Below are positions 62,973 to 64,000 of a stretch of DNA of 64,000 nt, one piece after another. How positions within the stretch are numbered: the first letter of the stretch is position 1; each line of letters begins with the position of its first letter. The notes below the pieces were generated by a model. That model was given only the letters and a program-made list of their open reading frames with translations. It did no database searches and was not told the origin of the DNA. Source of the DNA: an uncultured delta proteobacterium (GTDB taxonomy: Bacteria > Myxococcota_A > Polyangia > Polyangiales > Polyangiaceae); contig CAVOKF010000004.1 in the NCBI GenBank assembly GCA_963696385.1, positions 1,056,001 to 1,120,000 on the forward strand. Direction: 5' to 3'. The position numbers and the translations under genes are program-made.

Positions 62973-63464
62973 CTAGGCGGCCTCGCGCAGCGTCTTCTCG
63001 AGCTGGGCGAGCAACCCTCGCCAACCGTCTTCGCGGAGCTTCGCGCCGTCGGAGCGTTCGAAGAAGGCCGCTTGCTCAGTGAAGAGCAGGCGCGTCCCTC
63101 CGTCCGCAGCGGACAGCTCCACCGTGGCCAGCGACGTCGACATGCGGTAGTCGCCAATGAGCATGGAGTACGCGAAGACGATGCGCCGGTTAGGCACGAT
63201 GTCGAGGTAGACGGTGTCGTTGCCCATCTTCGTGCCGGCGGGCGGTGCTCCCGCGGGACCACCGGCGAACGTAAAGCGGCTCTTTTCGCGACCGCCGACG
63301 CGAAAGTCGGCGGTGTACTCCTCGGAGGTAAATCCCTTCCCATCCATGAACCACCGACGCTTGAGCGCTGGGTCAGCGAAGGCCGCGAAGACACGCGCAG
63401 GCGGAGCGGGGTAGGTGCGTTCGATGGCGAAGGTGCTGTGCACGACGTGCTGTTCGTCTTTCAT
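62973..63464 (-). CDS. SRPBCC/AHSA1 protein
   Basis: IERTYPAPPARVFAAF...DFRVGG...RIVFAY...GW..LL. Confidence 0.9.
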   Translation of the reverse strand: MKDEQHVVHSTFAIERTYPAPPARVFAAFADPALKRRWFMDGKGFTSEEYTADFRVGGREKSRFTFAGGPAGAPPAGTKMGNDTVYLDIVPNRRIVFAYSMLIGDYRMSTSLATVELSAADGGTRLLFTEQAAFFERSDGAKLREDGWRGLLAQLEKTLREAA

Positions 63465-63829
63465 GGCTTCGTCCTCTTCTTGGGGTTGGGTGCTGACCGT
63501 TTCGAGTTGTCGTCTTCCGCGAGCAGCTCGCCTAGGCGGTCGAGCCGGCGCTCCCAAAGCGTGCGGCGCTCCGCGATCCAGCGTTCCGCGAGCTTCAAAC
63601 CGTCGGGCTCCAGGCGACAGGTCCGAACGCGACCAACCTTCTTGCTTCGCACGACCCCGCTCTCTTCGAGGACTTGGAGATGCTGGACGATCGCAGCCAG
63701 GGTCACGTCGAACGGCTGCGCCAGATCGCTGACGGACATGGGTCCCGCGCTGAGACGCTCCACAAGCGCCCTCCGCATGGGCTCGGCGAGCGCATGGAAG
63801 ACGCGGCCGACCGCGGCATGGTTTAGCAT
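63461..63829 (-). CDS. ArsR-family regulator
   Basis: FHALAEPMRR...SVSDLA...QHLQVLEESG..S.KVGRVR. Confidence 0.92.
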   Translation of the reverse strand: MLNHAAVGRVFHALAEPMRRALVERLSAGPMSVSDLAQPFDVTLAAIVQHLQVLEESGVVRSKKVGRVRTCRLEPDGLKLAERWIAERRTLWERRLDRLGELLAEDDNSKRSAPNPKKRTKP

Positions 63830-64000
63830 CGGATTGACTATGTGATCGCGCTCGTCAATTGTCAAGCGGTCGCTAAAGTGTAGTCCGGTGCGTTTGGCGG
63901 AGCTTGTTCGTGCCCGCATGCACCTGGCAGCGGGGATCGGAGACTGCGCCGAACATTCACTCGTGACGACGCCGACTCCACGGCGTCTCAGGTGGTTTCT

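Overview
High-GC bacterial window. The host is inferred to be a myxobacterium (Myxococcota, probably Polyangiales), from a TonB-C-fused receptor, Ser/Asp/Gly-rich lipoproteins and the style of the ISC and accessory genes; I cannot confirm this without a search. Bases 1-27,300 are the right-hand part of a nitrogen-fixation island whose nif/fix genes look alpha/beta-proteobacterial: LRV, nifZ, nifT, nifS, nafY/nifY, fdxN, nifW, nifH, nifX, fdxB, nifQ, modC, fixBCX and an O2-sensitive-type nifA behind a perfect FNR box. Sigma54 promoters and TGT-N10-ACA NifA sites can be read directly across the island. The island also holds an ISC operon (iscU-iscA-hscB-hscA-fdx) and a candidate oxygen-protection module: truncated haemoglobin, a Shethna FeSII-like ferredoxin fused to a rubrerythrin-like domain, a second ferritin-like protein, dodecin, an FeSI-like ferredoxin and YgfZ. 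nifDK, nifEN, nifB, nifU, fixA and modAB are not in the window. Bases 27,900-38,000 hold an HTH-PBP regulator, a lipoprotein/porin/TonB-receptor operon (candidate oxyanion uptake), phoU and a broken mgtC. Bases 38,000-47,500 hold two KaiC-related signalling loci; one is decayed and has a KaiB-histidine kinase fusion. Bases 49,000-64,000 are an accessory region with IS remnants, two identical 100-bp MITEs, HU, HicBA and an ArsR/SRPBCC/VOC operon. Several single-base frameshifts may be sequencing artefacts.
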